Made by a program: the position numbers and the translations under genes. A model generated the notes under the pieces. That model was not told the DNA's origin. It did not search any database and was given only the letters and a program-made list of their open reading frames with translations. From Gemmatimonadota bacterium (GTDB lineage Bacteria > Gemmatimonadota > Gemmatimonadetes > Gemmatimonadales > Gemmatimonadaceae), in contig JANMLN010000035.1 of NCBI GenBank assembly GCA_031372565.1, forward strand, positions 1 to 30,984: DNA of 30,984 nucleotides. The letters run 5' to 3'. Of the stretch, positions 1 to 10,271 are shown piece by piece. Positions within the stretch are counted from its first letter, which is position 1. Each line of letters begins with the position of its first letter.

Positions 1-1239
1 GGCGACGACGGCATCGGGTGAGGCGCTCGGGTCCGCGAGCACGGCCGTGAACACGGTCTTCGCGGCACTCGACGAGATCGTGCCCGCCTGTACGAGGGCG
101 AGGATGCGCGAGAGCGCCGCGATGGGCACGAGGCGCTCGAGCGCGTCCGGTTCAAGCGAGCGCTCGTTCAGCGCCTGCATCGCCGAGCCGGTCACCCAGT
201 TGGCAGCCGCCTTGGCCTGCGCCCCACTGGCCAGGAGCGCCTCGAAGTAGCGCGCCAGATGCGCGCTGGCGGCGATCACTCCCGCCTCGACCGCGCTCAA
301 GCCAAGCGCTGCCTGGTAGCGCGACACCTTGGCGGCGGGGAATTCGGGCAGCGCCAGGCGAATACGGTCGACGCGCGCGGCCGGGACGACCAATGGCGGC
401 AGATCGGGCTCGGGGAAGTATCGATAGTCGTGGCTGCCCTCCTTGCTGCGCGCCGCGCGCACCTCCTGTTTGGCTGCGTCGAAGAGCATCGTCTGCTGCA
501 CGATGGTGCCGCCCGCCTCGTATGTGGCCACGTGCCGCGCAAACTCGAGATCGAGGGCGCGCTCGACATTGGAGAAGGAGTTGACGTTCTTGATCTCGGT
601 GCGCGTGCGGAGTTCGGTCGATCCGGCCGGGCGCGCGCTCACGTTGGCGTCGACACGCAGCGAGCCGAGTTCCATGGAGCAGTCGGAGATCGCGGCGTAT
701 TCGAGCACCTGCTTGAGTGCGCGCAGGTAGGCGCCCGCCTGAGCACTCGTGCGCATGTCCGGCTCGCTCACGATCTCGCAGAGCGGCACGCCAGCGCGGT
801 TGAGGTCGATGGCGCTGGCGCCGGCAAAGCGATCGTGGATCGACTTGCCCGCATCCTCTTCCATGTGGATGCGCGTGATGCCGATGTGCATCGGGGTGTC
901 GCCCACCATGACGTCGAGCCCGCCGCCCGTCGCGAGCGGTTTGTCGAACTGCGAGATCTGGTAGCCCTTGGGAAGATCAGGGTAGAAGTAGTTCTTGCGC
1001 GCGAAGATCGAGCGCTCATGCACGGTGCACCCGGTCGCGAGCGCGGCGCGAATGGCGAGCTCGACCGCCTGGTCGTTGAGCACCGGGAGCGCACCGGGAA
1101 GCCCGAGACAGACCGGGCAGGTGTTGCTGTTGGGCGACGAGCCGAACTCGGACGAGCAGGCGCAGAACGCCTTGGTCACGGTCTTGAGCTGGACATGGAC
1201 CTCGAGGCCCACGACCATCTCCCACGGGGTCGGGCTCAT
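1..1239 (-). CDS. gatB: Asp-tRNA(Asn)/Glu-tRNA(Gln) amidotransferase subunit B (3' end runs off the window)
   Basis: Not in the ORF track because no stop lies in the window. Manual translation from the ATG at 1239 gives [20 protein letters not shown]...[12 protein letters not shown]...[17 protein letters not shown]...HMEEDAGK...[17 protein letters not shown]...EIKNVNS...[12 protein letters not shown], all hallmark GatB motifs. ATGA overlap with the gatA stop. Confidence 0.98.
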   Translation of the reverse strand, partial: MSPTPWEMVVGLEVHVQLKTVTKAFCACSSEFGSSPNSNTCPVCLGLPGALPVLNDQAVELAIRAALATGCTVHERSIFARKNYFYPDLPKGYQISQFDKPLATGGGLDVMVGDTPMHIGITRIHMEEDAGKSIHDRFAGASAIDLNRAGVPLCEIVSEPDMRTSAQAGAYLRALKQVLEYAAISDCSMELGSLRVDANVSARPAGSTELRTRTEIKNVNSFSNVERALDLEFARHVATYEAGGTIVQQTMLFDAAKQEVRAARSKEGSHDYRYFPEPDLPPLVVPAARVDRIRLALPEFPAAKVSRYQAALGLSAVEAGVIAASAHLARYFEALLASGAQAKAAANWVTGSAMQALNERSLEPDALERLVPIAALSRILALVQAGTISSSAAKTVFTAVLADPSASPDAVVA

Positions 1240-2666
1240 CGGTGTGCCTCCGCTCCGAGGCCTCGTTCGAGCGCGTACGCGGCGCGGAACATGCTGGCTT
1301 CGTCGAAGGCGCCGGCAATCAGCTGTGCGCCCATGGGCAGTCCGCCGATGCGCCCCATCGGCACGGACATGGCGGGTACCCCCGCCAGGTTCGCGGTCGC
1401 GGTGAAGATGTCGTTCATGTACATCTCGTACGGGTCGGACACGGCGCCGAGCCGGAAGGCCGGCGTGGGCGTGGTGGGGGTCAGCATGACATGCACGCCG
1501 CTGGCGAAGGCGGCGGTGAAGTCGCGCGTGATCAGCTCGCGCACTTCCTGCGCGCGCTTGTAATACGCGTCGTAGTAGCCCGCCGAGAGGACGTAGGTCC
1601 CGAGCAGGATGCGCCGGGTGACCTCGGGGCCGAACCCTCGCGACCGCGTGGCCTCGTACATGCCGGTGAGTCCATCGCCCGACGTGCGCGGTCCGAACCG
1701 CACGCCGTCGAAGCGCGCGAGGTTGGACGACGCCTCGGCCGGCGCGATGATGTAGTAGACCGGGATCGCGAGATCGGTATTGGGCAGCGACACGTCGCGG
1801 ACCTCGGCACCCTGCGCACGCAGCGTGTCGAGCGCGCGATCGCAGAGCTCGACGACGCGCGGGTCGAGTGAACTCGGGAAGTACTCGCGCGGACGTCCGA
1901 CGACGAGTCCCGCGAGCGGGCGGTCGGCTTCGGCGCGGTAGTCGGGCACGGCGCGATCAACCGAAGTGGCGTCCCGTGCATCGTGCCCTGCAATCACCTG
2001 CAGCCCGAGCGCGGCGTCGTCGACCTCCTTGCCGAACACCGCGACATGATCAAGGCTCGAGGCGAAGGCCACGAGTCCGTAGCGCGAGACGCGACCGTAC
2101 GTCGGCTTCACGCCAACGATGCCGCAGAACGACGCCGGCTGGCGCACCGACCCGCCGGTCTCCGACCCGAGGGCAATACGCACCACACCACTCGCCACGG
2201 CGACCGCCGAGCCACCGGATGAACCGCCGGGCACGCGCTCGGGGTCCATCGGGTGACGCACCGGGCCGAACGCCGAATGTTCGTTGGACGAACCCATGGC
2301 AAACTCATCCATGTTCGTCTTGGCCACGATGACGGCACCGGCAGCGCGCAACTTGCGCACCGCGGTGGCCTCATACGGCGCGATGTACCCCTCGAGGATG
2401 CGCGAGCCGCAGTCGGTCGGCATGGCGAGCGTCGAGAAGTTGGCCTTGATGGCGACGGGCACACCGGCGAGCGCGGCATGGCCGTCGGTTGGCGCGCTGT
2501 CGGCGGCCGGATCCTGATGCAGAATCGCGTTCAGGAACTCGGGACCCGCCTTCACGTCGGCGATGCGCGCGCGCGCCGCGCGCGTGGCGTCGAGCGGCGC
2601 AGTGGTGCCGGCGCGCACCTGCGCGGCGAGATCGGCGGCACGGAGGTCGAGGAGGGCGGCGCTCAC
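1236..2666 (-). CDS. gatA: Asp-tRNA(Asn)/Glu-tRNA(Gln) amidotransferase subunit A
   Basis: Amidase signature: [69 protein letters not shown]. Lies between gatC and gatB. GTG start. Confidence 0.98.
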   Translation of the reverse strand: MSAALLDLRAADLAAQVRAGTTAPLDATRAARARIADVKAGPEFLNAILHQDPAADSAPTDGHAALAGVPVAIKANFSTLAMPTDCGSRILEGYIAPYEATAVRKLRAAGAVIVAKTNMDEFAMGSSNEHSAFGPVRHPMDPERVPGGSSGGSAVAVASGVVRIALGSETGGSVRQPASFCGIVGVKPTYGRVSRYGLVAFASSLDHVAVFGKEVDDAALGLQVIAGHDARDATSVDRAVPDYRAEADRPLAGLVVGRPREYFPSSLDPRVVELCDRALDTLRAQGAEVRDVSLPNTDLAIPVYYIIAPAEASSNLARFDGVRFGPRTSGDGLTGMYEATRSRGFGPEVTRRILLGTYVLSAGYYDAYYKRAQEVRELITRDFTAAFASGVHVMLTPTTPTPAFRLGAVSDPYEMYMNDIFTATANLAGVPAMSVPMGRIGGLPMGAQLIAGAFDEASMFRAAYALERGLGAEAHR

Positions 2667-2965
2667 GACTCTTCTCCGTCGTGCGTCCCCAGGCGGGGCA
2701 CGAGAAAGAAGTGCTCGCGCATCTCGGGCGCCATGGCCTCGAGCGGCCGGTGCAGCGGATCGGCATTGCGCGCGTCGGGTCGCGCGATGAGCGCGGGTCG
2801 CTGGTCGGTCTCGCCCTGCACCCCCGCGGTGTCCACGCGTTGCAGCACCGCCATGTGGCCGATGATGCCGTTCAACTCGTGCACGAGGGACGTCACGCGC
2901 CCCGGGTCCAGCCCGAGGCGCGCGAGCGCGGCAATGTGTCGCACGTCGTCGTCGCTGATGGCCAC
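2663..2965 (-). CDS. gatC: Asp-tRNA(Asn)/Glu-tRNA(Gln) amidotransferase subunit C
   Basis: C-terminal 100 aa of the 2663..3268 ORF: (V/M)[16 protein letters not shown]...[14 protein letters not shown]. The GTG at 2965 overlaps the pcrA TAG stop. Confidence 0.93.
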   Translation of the reverse strand: MAISDDDVRHIAALARLGLDPGRVTSLVHELNGIIGHMAVLQRVDTAGVQGETDQRPALIARPDARNADPLHRPLEAMAPEMREHFFLVPRLGTHDGEES

Positions 2966-5283
2966 TATTCGATGCCCCGTTCGAGGTTCGCGAGCGCGAT
3001 CACGAGCGTCTTGCGCCCGATCGACTCGTCGTCGAAGTCCACTTTCACCTTCGCATCCCGCCCACTGCCGCTCAACTCCGCGATCATGCCCGTCCCGAAC
3101 TTCCGGTGGGAGACGCGCTCGCCGATGCGAAGCTCCGCCACGTCCTGCGACTCGTCCTCGGGCGCGTGCCACGCCTGCGTGTTCACGCGAGGCGCGACCG
3201 GTGCACCGGGCCGTCGGGCCGCCGCGCGCCCACCGCCACCGGATTGGCCCCACGTGGGCAATGCCCAATCGTCCCCCGTCCCCGAGGCAAGACCGAGTCC
3301 TGCGCGCCCCATGGAGCGCGCCTTGGGACTCACCTTCTCGTCGAGCATGCCCTTGGGGATGCCGTCGAGAAAGCTCGACTGGCGCCCGGCCAGGAGTTCG
3401 CCATTGCGACGCCGTTGTTCCGCGCGCGTGAGGTAGAGCCGATCCTCGGCGCGCGTGATTCCCACGTAGAAGAGCCGTCGCTCCTCTTCGAGCGCGGCCG
3501 GGTCGTCGTAGGCACGAGAGAGCGGAAAGAGCCCGTCTTCGAGCCCGCCGATGAACACCGCCGGGAACTCGAGCCCCTTGGCGTTGTGCATCGTCATGAG
3601 CGTCACGGCGTCGGCATCACGATCCATCTGATCGATGCCCGCCACGAGCGTCGCCTTCTGCAGGAAGTGGTCGAGCGGCGTGAGGCCGATTTCCCCCTCG
3701 TCGTCGGCCACGACCTCCGCCGCACCCGCGACCAGTTCGGCGACGTTGCGGAGACGGTCCTCGGCGTCCTGCTCCTGCTTGAGCGACGTATCGAATCCGA
3801 TGCTCGCGATCAGGTCGCGGAGCAGCACGTCGACCGGCGCCTCGGTGGCCAGGGCACGCAGGCGCGCGATGAGCCGGGCGAACTCGCCGAGCGCGGCGCG
3901 GGCGGCCGGACGTGCGCCGGCGATGCAGTCGTCCCGCGTGGCGGCCGCGAGCAGTGGCACACCGCTCTGCCGTGCACGCTCGGCCAGGAGTTCGATGGTC
4001 GCATCGCCCAGGCCGCGCTTGGGCACCCCCACCGCGCGACGGAAGGCCTCGTCATCGGCGGGGTTCGCGACCAGGCGCAGGTAGGACATGAGGTCGCGAA
4101 TTTCGCGGCGATCGTAGAAACGCACCGCGCCGACGAGCCGATACGGCAGCCCGGCACGGCGCAGCGACTCTTCGTACGCACGGCTCTGCGCGTTGGTCCG
4201 ATAGAGCACGGCCATGTCGCGCAAGTTGAGCGACGCCTTGCCCGCGCGGAGGATCCGCATCTCCTCGATGGTCCAATCGGCTTCGTCGCGCTCATCGAGC
4301 GCGCGGACGCTCACGATCTTCTCGCCGCCGCCGCGCGTGGCGCGCAGCACCTTGCCGCGCCGCGTGGTGTTCTGCGCAATCACGATGTTGGCGAGTTCGA
4401 GCACGGGTGGCGCCGAGCGGTAATTCTCCTCGAGGCGGACCACCACGGCGCCAGGGAAGTCGCGTTCGAAATCGAGGATGTTGCGGATGTCGGCGCCGCG
4501 CCAGCCATAGATCGACTGATCGTCGTCACCCACCACCGCGACATTGCCGTGCTCCGTGCCGATGAGCGTCACGAAACGGTACTGCGCGCGGTTGGTATCC
4601 TGATACTCGTCCACGAGCACGTGCTGGAAGCGGCCGGCGTACGCCGAGCGCCGCTCGGGGTACTGCTCCAGCACCTGCACCGGCAGGATGAGCAGGTCGT
4701 CGAAGGTGACGGCGTTGTTCTCGCGCAGGGCCGGCTCGAGGGCACGGTAGACGGGCGCCGCCGCCTTCGCGAGCGGGTCCCGCGCCAGCGATTCGAACTC
4801 CTCCGGTCCGACGAGCGCATTCTTGGCGGACGAGATGGTCGACAGAATCGACTTCGGGGTCCACTCACGGGGTGACACCTTCACCCGCTCCATCACGCGC
4901 TTGAGCAACCCGAGCGTGTCGTCCTCGTCGTAGATCGTGAAGCTCGAGGTGCGTCCCACGCGCGCCGCCTCGGCCCGCAGCATGCGCGCACCGATCCCGT
5001 GGAACGTTCCGGCCCAGATCCCGGCCGGTTCGGCACCCAGCTGCCGCCCGATGCGCTCGCGCATCTCGCCGGCGGCCTTGTTGGTGAACGTGACGGCGAG
5101 GATGCGATGCGCCGGGACGCCGCGCTCGCGGATGAGCCGGGCGATGCGCGTCGTGAGGACGCGCGTCTTGCCGGAGCCGGCACCGGCGAGGATGAGCAGC
5201 GGTCCGTCGCCATGCTCGACCGCGGCGCGCTGCGCCGGGTTGAGGGAGGCGAGCGCGTCTGGGGCGACGATCGTTGGGTTCAC
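2965..5283 (-). CDS. pcrA: UvrD/PcrA superfamily 1 ATP-dependent DNA helicase
   Basis: LNPAQ Q-motif, Walker [71 protein letters not shown] and a C-terminal Tudor-like [12 protein letters not shown]. The likely start is the GTG at 5283 overlapping the kinase stop, not 5967. Confidence 0.95.
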   Translation of the reverse strand: MNPTIVAPDALASLNPAQRAAVEHGDGPLLILAGAGSGKTRVLTTRIARLIRERGVPAHRILAVTFTNKAAGEMRERIGRQLGAEPAGIWAGTFHGIGARMLRAEAARVGRTSSFTIYDEDDTLGLLKRVMERVKVSPREWTPKSILSTISSAKNALVGPEEFESLARDPLAKAAAPVYRALEPALRENNAVTFDDLLILPVQVLEQYPERRSAYAGRFQHVLVDEYQDTNRAQYRFVTLIGTEHGNVAVVGDDDQSIYGWRGADIRNILDFERDFPGAVVVRLEENYRSAPPVLELANIVIAQNTTRRGKVLRATRGGGEKIVSVRALDERDEADWTIEEMRILRAGKASLNLRDMAVLYRTNAQSRAYEESLRRAGLPYRLVGAVRFYDRREIRDLMSYLRLVANPADDEAFRRAVGVPKRGLGDATIELLAERARQSGVPLLAAATRDDCIAGARPAARAALGEFARLIARLRALATEAPVDVLLRDLIASIGFDTSLKQEQDAEDRLRNVAELVAGAAEVVADDEGEIGLTPLDHFLQKATLVAGIDQMDRDADAVTLMTMHNAKGLEFPAVFIGGLEDGLFPLSRAYDDPAALEEERRLFYVGITRAEDRLYLTRAEQRRRNGELLAGRQSSFLDGIPKGMLDEKVSPKARSMGRAGLGLASGTGDDWALPTWGQSGGGGRAAARRPGAPVAPRVNTQAWHAPEDESQDVAELRIGERVSHRKFGTGMIAELSGSGRDAKVKVDFDDESIGRKTLVIALANLERGIE

Positions 5284-6431
5284 GCAGGCAAGATAATGTC
5301 GAACACCGCACCGCCGCCGCCCGCACCGAGGACCAGCTTGCCCTCGTGCGTTTCCTCGATGATGCGCTGCGCCAGGGAGAGCCCGATTCCCCAGCCGCGC
5401 TGCTTGGTGGAGAACCCGGCCTCGAAGATGCGGCCCCGCAGGTTGGACGGCACGCCGGGGCCGTTGTCCGCCACGCGAAGACGTACGCCGCCTTCGGGTT
5501 CCGGCGCGACGCGCAGGTGGATCGTGCCGCCCCGCCCCGCGAGCGCGTCGATCGCATTCTTGACCAGCGACTCGAGGACCCACTCGAGCAGGACGGCATC
5601 GCCCGGAACGGACACCGTCCCACCGGGCGCCGTTTCGACCTCGATCGTGATCGGATTGGAGAGGGTCGGTACGCGCAGGCGGAAGTAGTCGGCCACCCGG
5701 GTCGCCACCTCGCGCACGTCGACGAGCTCCCGGCGCGGCGGACGCCCGATCCGCTCGAACCGGTGTGCGACGCGCTCCAGTCGCACGAGGTCGTTCTGCA
5801 TCTGCACGAGCGCGGCGTCGAGCGTCTTCTCGCTCCGGCTCTCGGCGAGCACCTCCAGCCAACCGGCCAGCGACGAGAGTGGCGTGCCCAACTGGTGGGC
5901 CGCTTCCCGCGCCATGCCGGCCCACACGCGTTCGCGGGCTTCCCGCTCCCGCGCGATCAGCAACCATGAGGCGATCCCGAGCAGCAGGCCGAGGACCACG
6001 ATCTGGAGCACCGGCACGATCCGCAGCTGCTGCACCACGGGCGTGTTGCCGAAATGCACGGTGCCCGCTCCGCGCTCGGCCACGGGCGCGTTCTGGCGGT
6101 CGAGCTGCTCGAGGTACTCGGCCACTCGCGGATCGTCCATCGAGCTGGCCTCGAACGGCAGGTTAGCCGCTGCCGTCGGGCGACCGCGCTCATCGGTCAC
6201 GATCACCGGGACGCCCAGCTCGATGATCTCCTTGGACAGATCGAAGAGCGCCGAGGTCCCGGCTTGGTCGCTGGTATCTCCGAGCGTGCTGTAGATGCGC
6301 GCGTACATCTTCCCGGAGATTCCGCTCTCGCGCCGCAACTCGTCCACGACGCCCACCGTGAACGCGACATACCAGCCCACCAGGGCCAGCACCGCGAGCG
6401 CGACGAGGATGACGGCCGCGCGCTGGCGCAC
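5280..6431 (-). CDS. Membrane sensor histidine kinase
   Basis: Two hydrophobic TM segments flanking a roughly 120 aa extracytoplasmic domain. H-box EAAHQLGTPLSSL, N-box ESLVKNAIDA, G1 DNGPGV, F-box IFEAGFSTK, G2 GWGIGL. Start inferred at GTG 6431, just after the serS stop. Confidence 0.9.
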   Translation of the reverse strand: MRQRAAVILVALAVLALVGWYVAFTVGVVDELRRESGISGKMYARIYSTLGDTSDQAGTSALFDLSKEIIELGVPVIVTDERGRPTAAANLPFEASSMDDPRVAEYLEQLDRQNAPVAERGAGTVHFGNTPVVQQLRIVPVLQIVVLGLLLGIASWLLIAREREARERVWAGMAREAAHQLGTPLSSLAGWLEVLAESRSEKTLDAALVQMQNDLVRLERVAHRFERIGRPPRRELVDVREVATRVADYFRLRVPTLSNPITIEVETAPGGTVSVPGDAVLLEWVLESLVKNAIDALAGRGGTIHLRVAPEPEGGVRLRVADNGPGVPSNLRGRIFEAGFSTKQRGWGIGLSLAQRIIEETHEGKLVLGAGGGGAVFDIILPA

Positions 6432-6433
6432 CG

Positions 6434-7708
6434 CTAACCCAGCTGGGTGGCGCCGAGGTAGGGCTGCAGCGCTTCGGGAATGCGCACGGTCCCGTCGGTT
6501 TGCCAATGATGTTCGAGCAGGCAGGCGAAGGTGCGCGGGAAGGCGAGCGCGGAACCGTTGAGCGTGTGCACGAACCGCGGCTTCTCGCCCGGAGCCGGGC
6601 GATACCGAATGTTGGCGCGGCGCGCCTGAAAGCTGCCGAAGTTCGAGCAGCTCGAGACCTCGAGCCACTTCTGCGTACCCGGCGACCAGACTTCGAGGTC
6701 ATAGGTCTTCGCCGAGCTGAATCCCGTGTCCCCGGCCGCGAGCAACACCACGCGATAGGGCAGATCGAGGAGTTGCAGGATGCGCTCGGCGTGGCTGAGC
6801 AGCAGTTCCAGCTGCTCTGCCGACGCGTCGGGGGTCGTGTACCGCACGAGCTCGACCTTGTCGAACTGATGCACACGGAGGAGCCCGCGGGTGTCCTTGC
6901 CGGCCGCCCCCGCCTCGCGACGGAAGCACGGCGAGTACGCGGTCATTGCCATCGGCAGCACGCCGTGCTCGAGGATCTCGTCGCCATGCAGGTTGGTGAC
7001 GGGGACCTCGGCGGTGGGCACGAGGAACAGCTCGTCATCGCGGAGGCGATACATGTCCTCCTCGAACTTCGGGAGCTGCCCGGTGCCGGTCATCGCGGCG
7101 CGATTGACCGCGAAGGGCACCCACACTTCCTCGTAGCCGTGCTCGCGCGTGTGGAGGTCGAGCATGAACTGCAGGAACGCGCGCTGCAGCCGCGCCCCGA
7201 GACCGCGGTAGGCGATGAAGCCCGACCCCGCGACCTTCACGCCACGCTCGAGGTCGAGAATGCCGAGGGAGGCGCCCGTTTCCCAATGCGGCGGGACCGC
7301 ATCGGCGGTTCGCGGCGTTCCCCAGCTGCGCACGATCTCGTTGTGGCGCTCGTCACCCGCCGGAACCTCAGGCAGGGTGGCGTTGGGGAGCTCGAGCATG
7401 ATGGCGCCCAGTTCGCCTTCGACGTCGGCGAGCGTCGCTTCGGCCATCGAGATCGCCTCGCCCAGCAGACGGCCAGCGGCGATCTGTTCGTCGGCGCTCT
7501 CCTTGGCCTTCTTGCGACGCGCGACCTCCTGGCTGTTGGCGTTGCGGGCCGCCTTCTGCTCCTCGACCGCCTGGATCAGGCGCCGACGCTCCTTGTCGAG
7601 CGCGTCGGCACGATCCAGCACGGGTCCGAGCGTCTCGAGCTTGCCACGCCGCTCCATGGCAGCGCGCAGCATCGGCATGTCATCGCGCAGCGTTCGCAGG
7701 TCGTGCAC
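6434..7708 (-). CDS. serS: Serine--tRNA ligase
   Basis: N-terminal coiled coil, TGQLPKFEEDMY, LVPTAEVP, motif 2 CFRREAGAAGKDTRGLLRVHQFDKVE, AKTYDLEVW, EVSSCSN, motif 3 HTLNGSALA. Confidence 0.98.
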   Translation of the reverse strand: MHDLRTLRDDMPMLRAAMERRGKLETLGPVLDRADALDKERRRLIQAVEEQKAARNANSQEVARRKKAKESADEQIAAGRLLGEAISMAEATLADVEGELGAIMLELPNATLPEVPAGDERHNEIVRSWGTPRTADAVPPHWETGASLGILDLERGVKVAGSGFIAYRGLGARLQRAFLQFMLDLHTREHGYEEVWVPFAVNRAAMTGTGQLPKFEEDMYRLRDDELFLVPTAEVPVTNLHGDEILEHGVLPMAMTAYSPCFRREAGAAGKDTRGLLRVHQFDKVELVRYTTPDASAEQLELLLSHAERILQLLDLPYRVVLLAAGDTGFSSAKTYDLEVWSPGTQKWLEVSSCSNFGSFQARRANIRYRPAPGEKPRFVHTLNGSALAFPRTFACLLEHHWQTDGTVRIPEALQPYLGATQLG

Positions 7709-7720
7709 GGCGGCAGCGTC

Positions 7721-8329
7721 CTAGAACTGGTTGGCGACGAGGCCGCGCCGACCGCAATTCGGATTGGCGACGAGGCGGAAGTAGATGCGGCGCCCACCGA
7801 TGTTGACGCTGTCCACGACGAACTTGGCCGCGATCGTTTGCGCGAGCTGCAGGGAGCAGACCGCGGCCTGCACCCGCATGACAATCGGCTCGCCCACCGA
7901 CACGACCTGCACCGTGTCGCGGATGTACCCCTCCGCCGGGGCCTCGGTCACCTCAGCCCAGGGCTTGCCCGCCTTGAGCAGCTCGAGGCTCACCGGCACG
8001 ACCGCAGGCCCGAGCGCGACCGTGCGCGGCGGCAGGACCCTGACCTGACCACTGGGGAGCAGATCGAACGCCACGTCGAACGGAACGGTCCCGTCGTCGA
8101 ACACGGCCACCACCACCACGGTACGCGAGGTGAGGTTGAGCCCCGCCGGATAGTACGTCGGCACGCCGCTCATGGCGAAGAGCTGGCCCGTATCCTCTGC
8201 CGCGAGCGCCAAGGGCCCCGTGCGGTTGGACGTCGGGTCGGTGCATGCGCCAGCGAGCAGCGCCGCGACGCAGGACGCGGCAAGAACAACGGAGCGGGTA
8301 GACCCGCGAAGCAGACGAAGAATCAGCAT
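7721..8329 (-). CDS. Hypothetical exported protein, probable lipoprotein
   Basis: Basic N-terminus, hydrophobic stretch and lipobox-like LLAGA-C. Beta-strand-like mature region with two further Cys. Ends 12 bp upstream of the serS start. Confidence 0.7.
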   Translation of the reverse strand: MLILRLLRGSTRSVVLAASCVAALLAGACTDPTSNRTGPLALAAEDTGQLFAMSGVPTYYPAGLNLTSRTVVVVAVFDDGTVPFDVAFDLLPSGQVRVLPPRTVALGPAVVPVSLELLKAGKPWAEVTEAPAEGYIRDTVQVVSVGEPIVMRVQAAVCSLQLAQTIAAKFVVDSVNIGGRRIYFRLVANPNCGRRGLVANQF

Positions 8330-8347
8330 GGGTGTGATGAGACGTGC

Positions 8348-8376
8348 AGAATACCCGCTAAACGGGCCAACTTCAA
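8348..8376 (-). promoter_or_regulatory. Putative sigma70-type promoter for the lipoprotein-serS-gat operon
   Basis: Minus strand reads TTGAAG (8376-8371), 17 bp, TATTCT (8353-8348), ending 19 bp upstream of the ATG at 8329. Confidence 0.6.
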
Positions 8377-8388
8377 GCGGTTAGACGC

Positions 8389-8430
8389 TTGACTGTACCC
8401 CGCCCGTGGCCTAGCGTTTCGCGACGGAGG
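8389..8430 (+). promoter_or_regulatory. Putative sigma70-type promoter and Shine-Dalgarno site for the Roadblock operon
   Basis: TTGACT (8389-8394), 17 bp, TAGCGT (8412-8417). GGAGG at 8426-8430 sits 8 nt before ATG 8439. Confidence 0.65.
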
Positions 8431-8438
8431 AATTCCAC

Positions 8439-8792
8439 ATGCCCAGCATCCGCGAACTCGTCGCGGCCATCAGTGAGCGGGAAGGGGTCGAGGCCGTGAT
8501 CGTGCTCGGCCGCGACGGCCTTGTGATCGACAGCTCGGCACCCGTCACACTCGATGCCGAGCGGCTTGCCGCCCACATCCCCTCGATCCTGACCGGCGGC
8601 GACGATCTGGGGACCTCCGCTGCGCGCGGCCCCCTCAGCATGGCGGTCGTGGAGCATCCGGGTGGTCTCAGCGTCGTCTGCGCGCTGTCGCCCGAAGCGG
8701 TGCTGCTCGTGCTGGCCCGCCCAGACGCGCACATGGCCTCGCTGCTGTACGAGCTGCGTCGCAACCGCGAGCAGATGGCCGCGCTGGTCTAG
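8439..8792 (+). CDS. Roadblock/LC7 (MglB-like) domain protein
   Basis: 117 aa with the N-terminal helix then GVEAVIVLGRDGLVI motif and a C-terminal helix typical of Roadblock/LC7. Strong RBS. Confidence 0.85.
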   Translation: MPSIRELVAAISEREGVEAVIVLGRDGLVIDSSAPVTLDAERLAAHIPSILTGGDDLGTSAARGPLSMAVVEHPGGLSVVCALSPEAVLLVLARPDAHMASLLYELRRNREQMAALV

Positions 8793-8796
8793 CCGC

Positions 8797-9183
8797 GTGA
8801 CGCTGCGGCATGTGCTTGTCGCCGAAGACGAGCCGCACATCGCCCGGCTGATTGCGCTCAAGCTCGAGACGGGACCGTTTCGCGTGACCACCGTGCACGA
8901 GGGAGCTGCGGCGCTCGACGCGCTCGCGGCGCACGACGACCTTGCGCTGCTCATCCTCGACCTGATGATGCCCGGCATGGGCGGTCTCGATGTCCTGGCC
9001 CAGGTGCGGCGAGATCCGCGCACGCGTGCCCTGCCCTGCATCATCCTCACGGCGACGGGGCACGAGGCCGCCCGGCGGCAGGCGCTCGATCTGGGTGCCA
9101 ACGAGTTTCTCACCAAGCCGTTCAGCCCGAAGAAGCTGTTTGCGACCGCCGCCGCGCTGGCGGGCGCGACGATCGCCCCGTAG
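8797..9183 (+). CDS. Single-domain (CheY-like) response regulator
   Basis: VLVAEDE acidic pocket, LLILDLMMPGMGG phosphoacceptor Asp, ILTA and TKPF; no output domain. Start inferred at GTG 8797, in frame with the 8662..9183 ORF. Confidence 0.88.
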   Translation: MTLRHVLVAEDEPHIARLIALKLETGPFRVTTVHEGAAALDALAAHDDLALLILDLMMPGMGGLDVLAQVRRDPRTRALPCIILTATGHEAARRQALDLGANEFLTKPFSPKKLFATAAALAGATIAP

Positions 9184-9210
9184 CCGCCCGTCGTCATTAC
9201 GTTTCGCGAC

Positions 9211-10269
9211 ATGAACGTCTGGACTGTGGTCCTCGCCGGGGGAACCGGCTCGCGCTTCTGGCCTGTCAGCTCCCCGGAGCGGCCGAAGCAGTTGCTGCCG
9301 TTGGTGGATGCACACCCCATGCTCGCGAACACGTTGGAGCGGATGGCGCCCCTCGCGCCGGCCGCGTCCACGCTGGTGCTGACCAACGCCGCGCTCGTGA
9401 ATGATGTGCGCGCATTGGCCCCGCAGCTGCCCGCGGACAACGTGATTGCGGAGCCACGACCGGCCGGCACCGCCGCCGCGCTGGCGTGGGCGGCGCACAT
9501 CGTGGTGCAACGCGCGGGGCGCGACGCCCTCATGTACTGCGTGCATGCCGACTGGGCGATCGGTGACGTGCCGCGCTACCAAGCCACGCTGCAGGAGGCT
9601 GCGCAGGTGGCGCGCACCGAGCGTGCGCTCGTGACGATCGGGATCATCCCGTCGCGTCCCGACCCCGGCTTCGGCTACATCGAACCCGCCGCTGCCGTCC
9701 ATGGCCAGGTGCGCAAGGTGTCGAGGTTCGTCGAGAAGCCGTCACGCGAGGTCGCGGCGGAATTTGTCGCACAGGGGTTCCTCTGGAACTCGGGGATCTT
9801 CGTCTGGGAAGCCGGCACCTTCCTGGACGAGGTGCATCGCCGCTGCCCCGAGGTCGGTCCCGCGCTCGCCGCGCATCCTGATGATGCCGTCGCGTTCTTT
9901 GGCGCCGTGGCCAATCCGATCGCGGTGGACGTCGGCGTCCTCGAGCGCAGCGACCGCGTGTTCGTGGTGCCGGGCGATTTCGGCTGGGACGACGTCGGCA
10001 CGTGGGCTGCACTGCACCGCGTCCGGGCGCATGACGCGCAAGGCAACGCGGCCAACGGGACGACGCACATGGTGGACGCGCGCGGCAATGTCGTGCACAG
10101 CGAGCGGGGGACCGTCGTCCTGTACGGCGTGGATGACCTTGTGGTGGTCACGCGGCCGGGCCTGACGCTGGTCACCACGCGCGAACAGTCGGCGGATCTC
10201 AAGACGCTGCTGGATGCGCTGCCGGCTTCGGTGCGCGAACTGCGCCCGCGTCCCGAGGGCGCCACCTGA
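9211..10269 (+). CDS. manC: Mannose-1-phosphate guanylyltransferase (no PMI cupin domain)
   Basis: VVLAGGTGSRFWPVS..RPKQLL, HADW, GFGYIE, FVEKP, WNSGIFVW and FGWDDVGTW, followed by a short C-terminal beta-helix. Confidence 0.9.
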   Translation: MNVWTVVLAGGTGSRFWPVSSPERPKQLLPLVDAHPMLANTLERMAPLAPAASTLVLTNAALVNDVRALAPQLPADNVIAEPRPAGTAAALAWAAHIVVQRAGRDALMYCVHADWAIGDVPRYQATLQEAAQVARTERALVTIGIIPSRPDPGFGYIEPAAAVHGQVRKVSRFVEKPSREVAAEFVAQGFLWNSGIFVWEAGTFLDEVHRRCPEVGPALAAHPDDAVAFFGAVANPIAVDVGVLERSDRVFVVPGDFGWDDVGTWAALHRVRAHDAQGNAANGTTHMVDARGNVVHSERGTVVLYGVDDLVVVTRPGLTLVTTREQSADLKTLLDALPASVRELRPRPEGAT

Positions 10270-10271
10270 GC

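Noticed and set aside
5284..5967. Apparent 227 aa N-terminal extension making a 1000 aa PcrA
   Set aside because: Arg/Gly/Ala-rich off-frame read-through of the kinase gene. Helicase homology starts at the GTG overlapping the kinase stop.
259..8392. Long plus-strand ORFs (259..1563, 3106..4875, 6500..8392 and others) antisense to gatB, pcrA and serS
   Set aside because: Shadow ORFs expected from high-GC codon bias. They have no recognisable motifs and lie opposite clear housekeeping genes.
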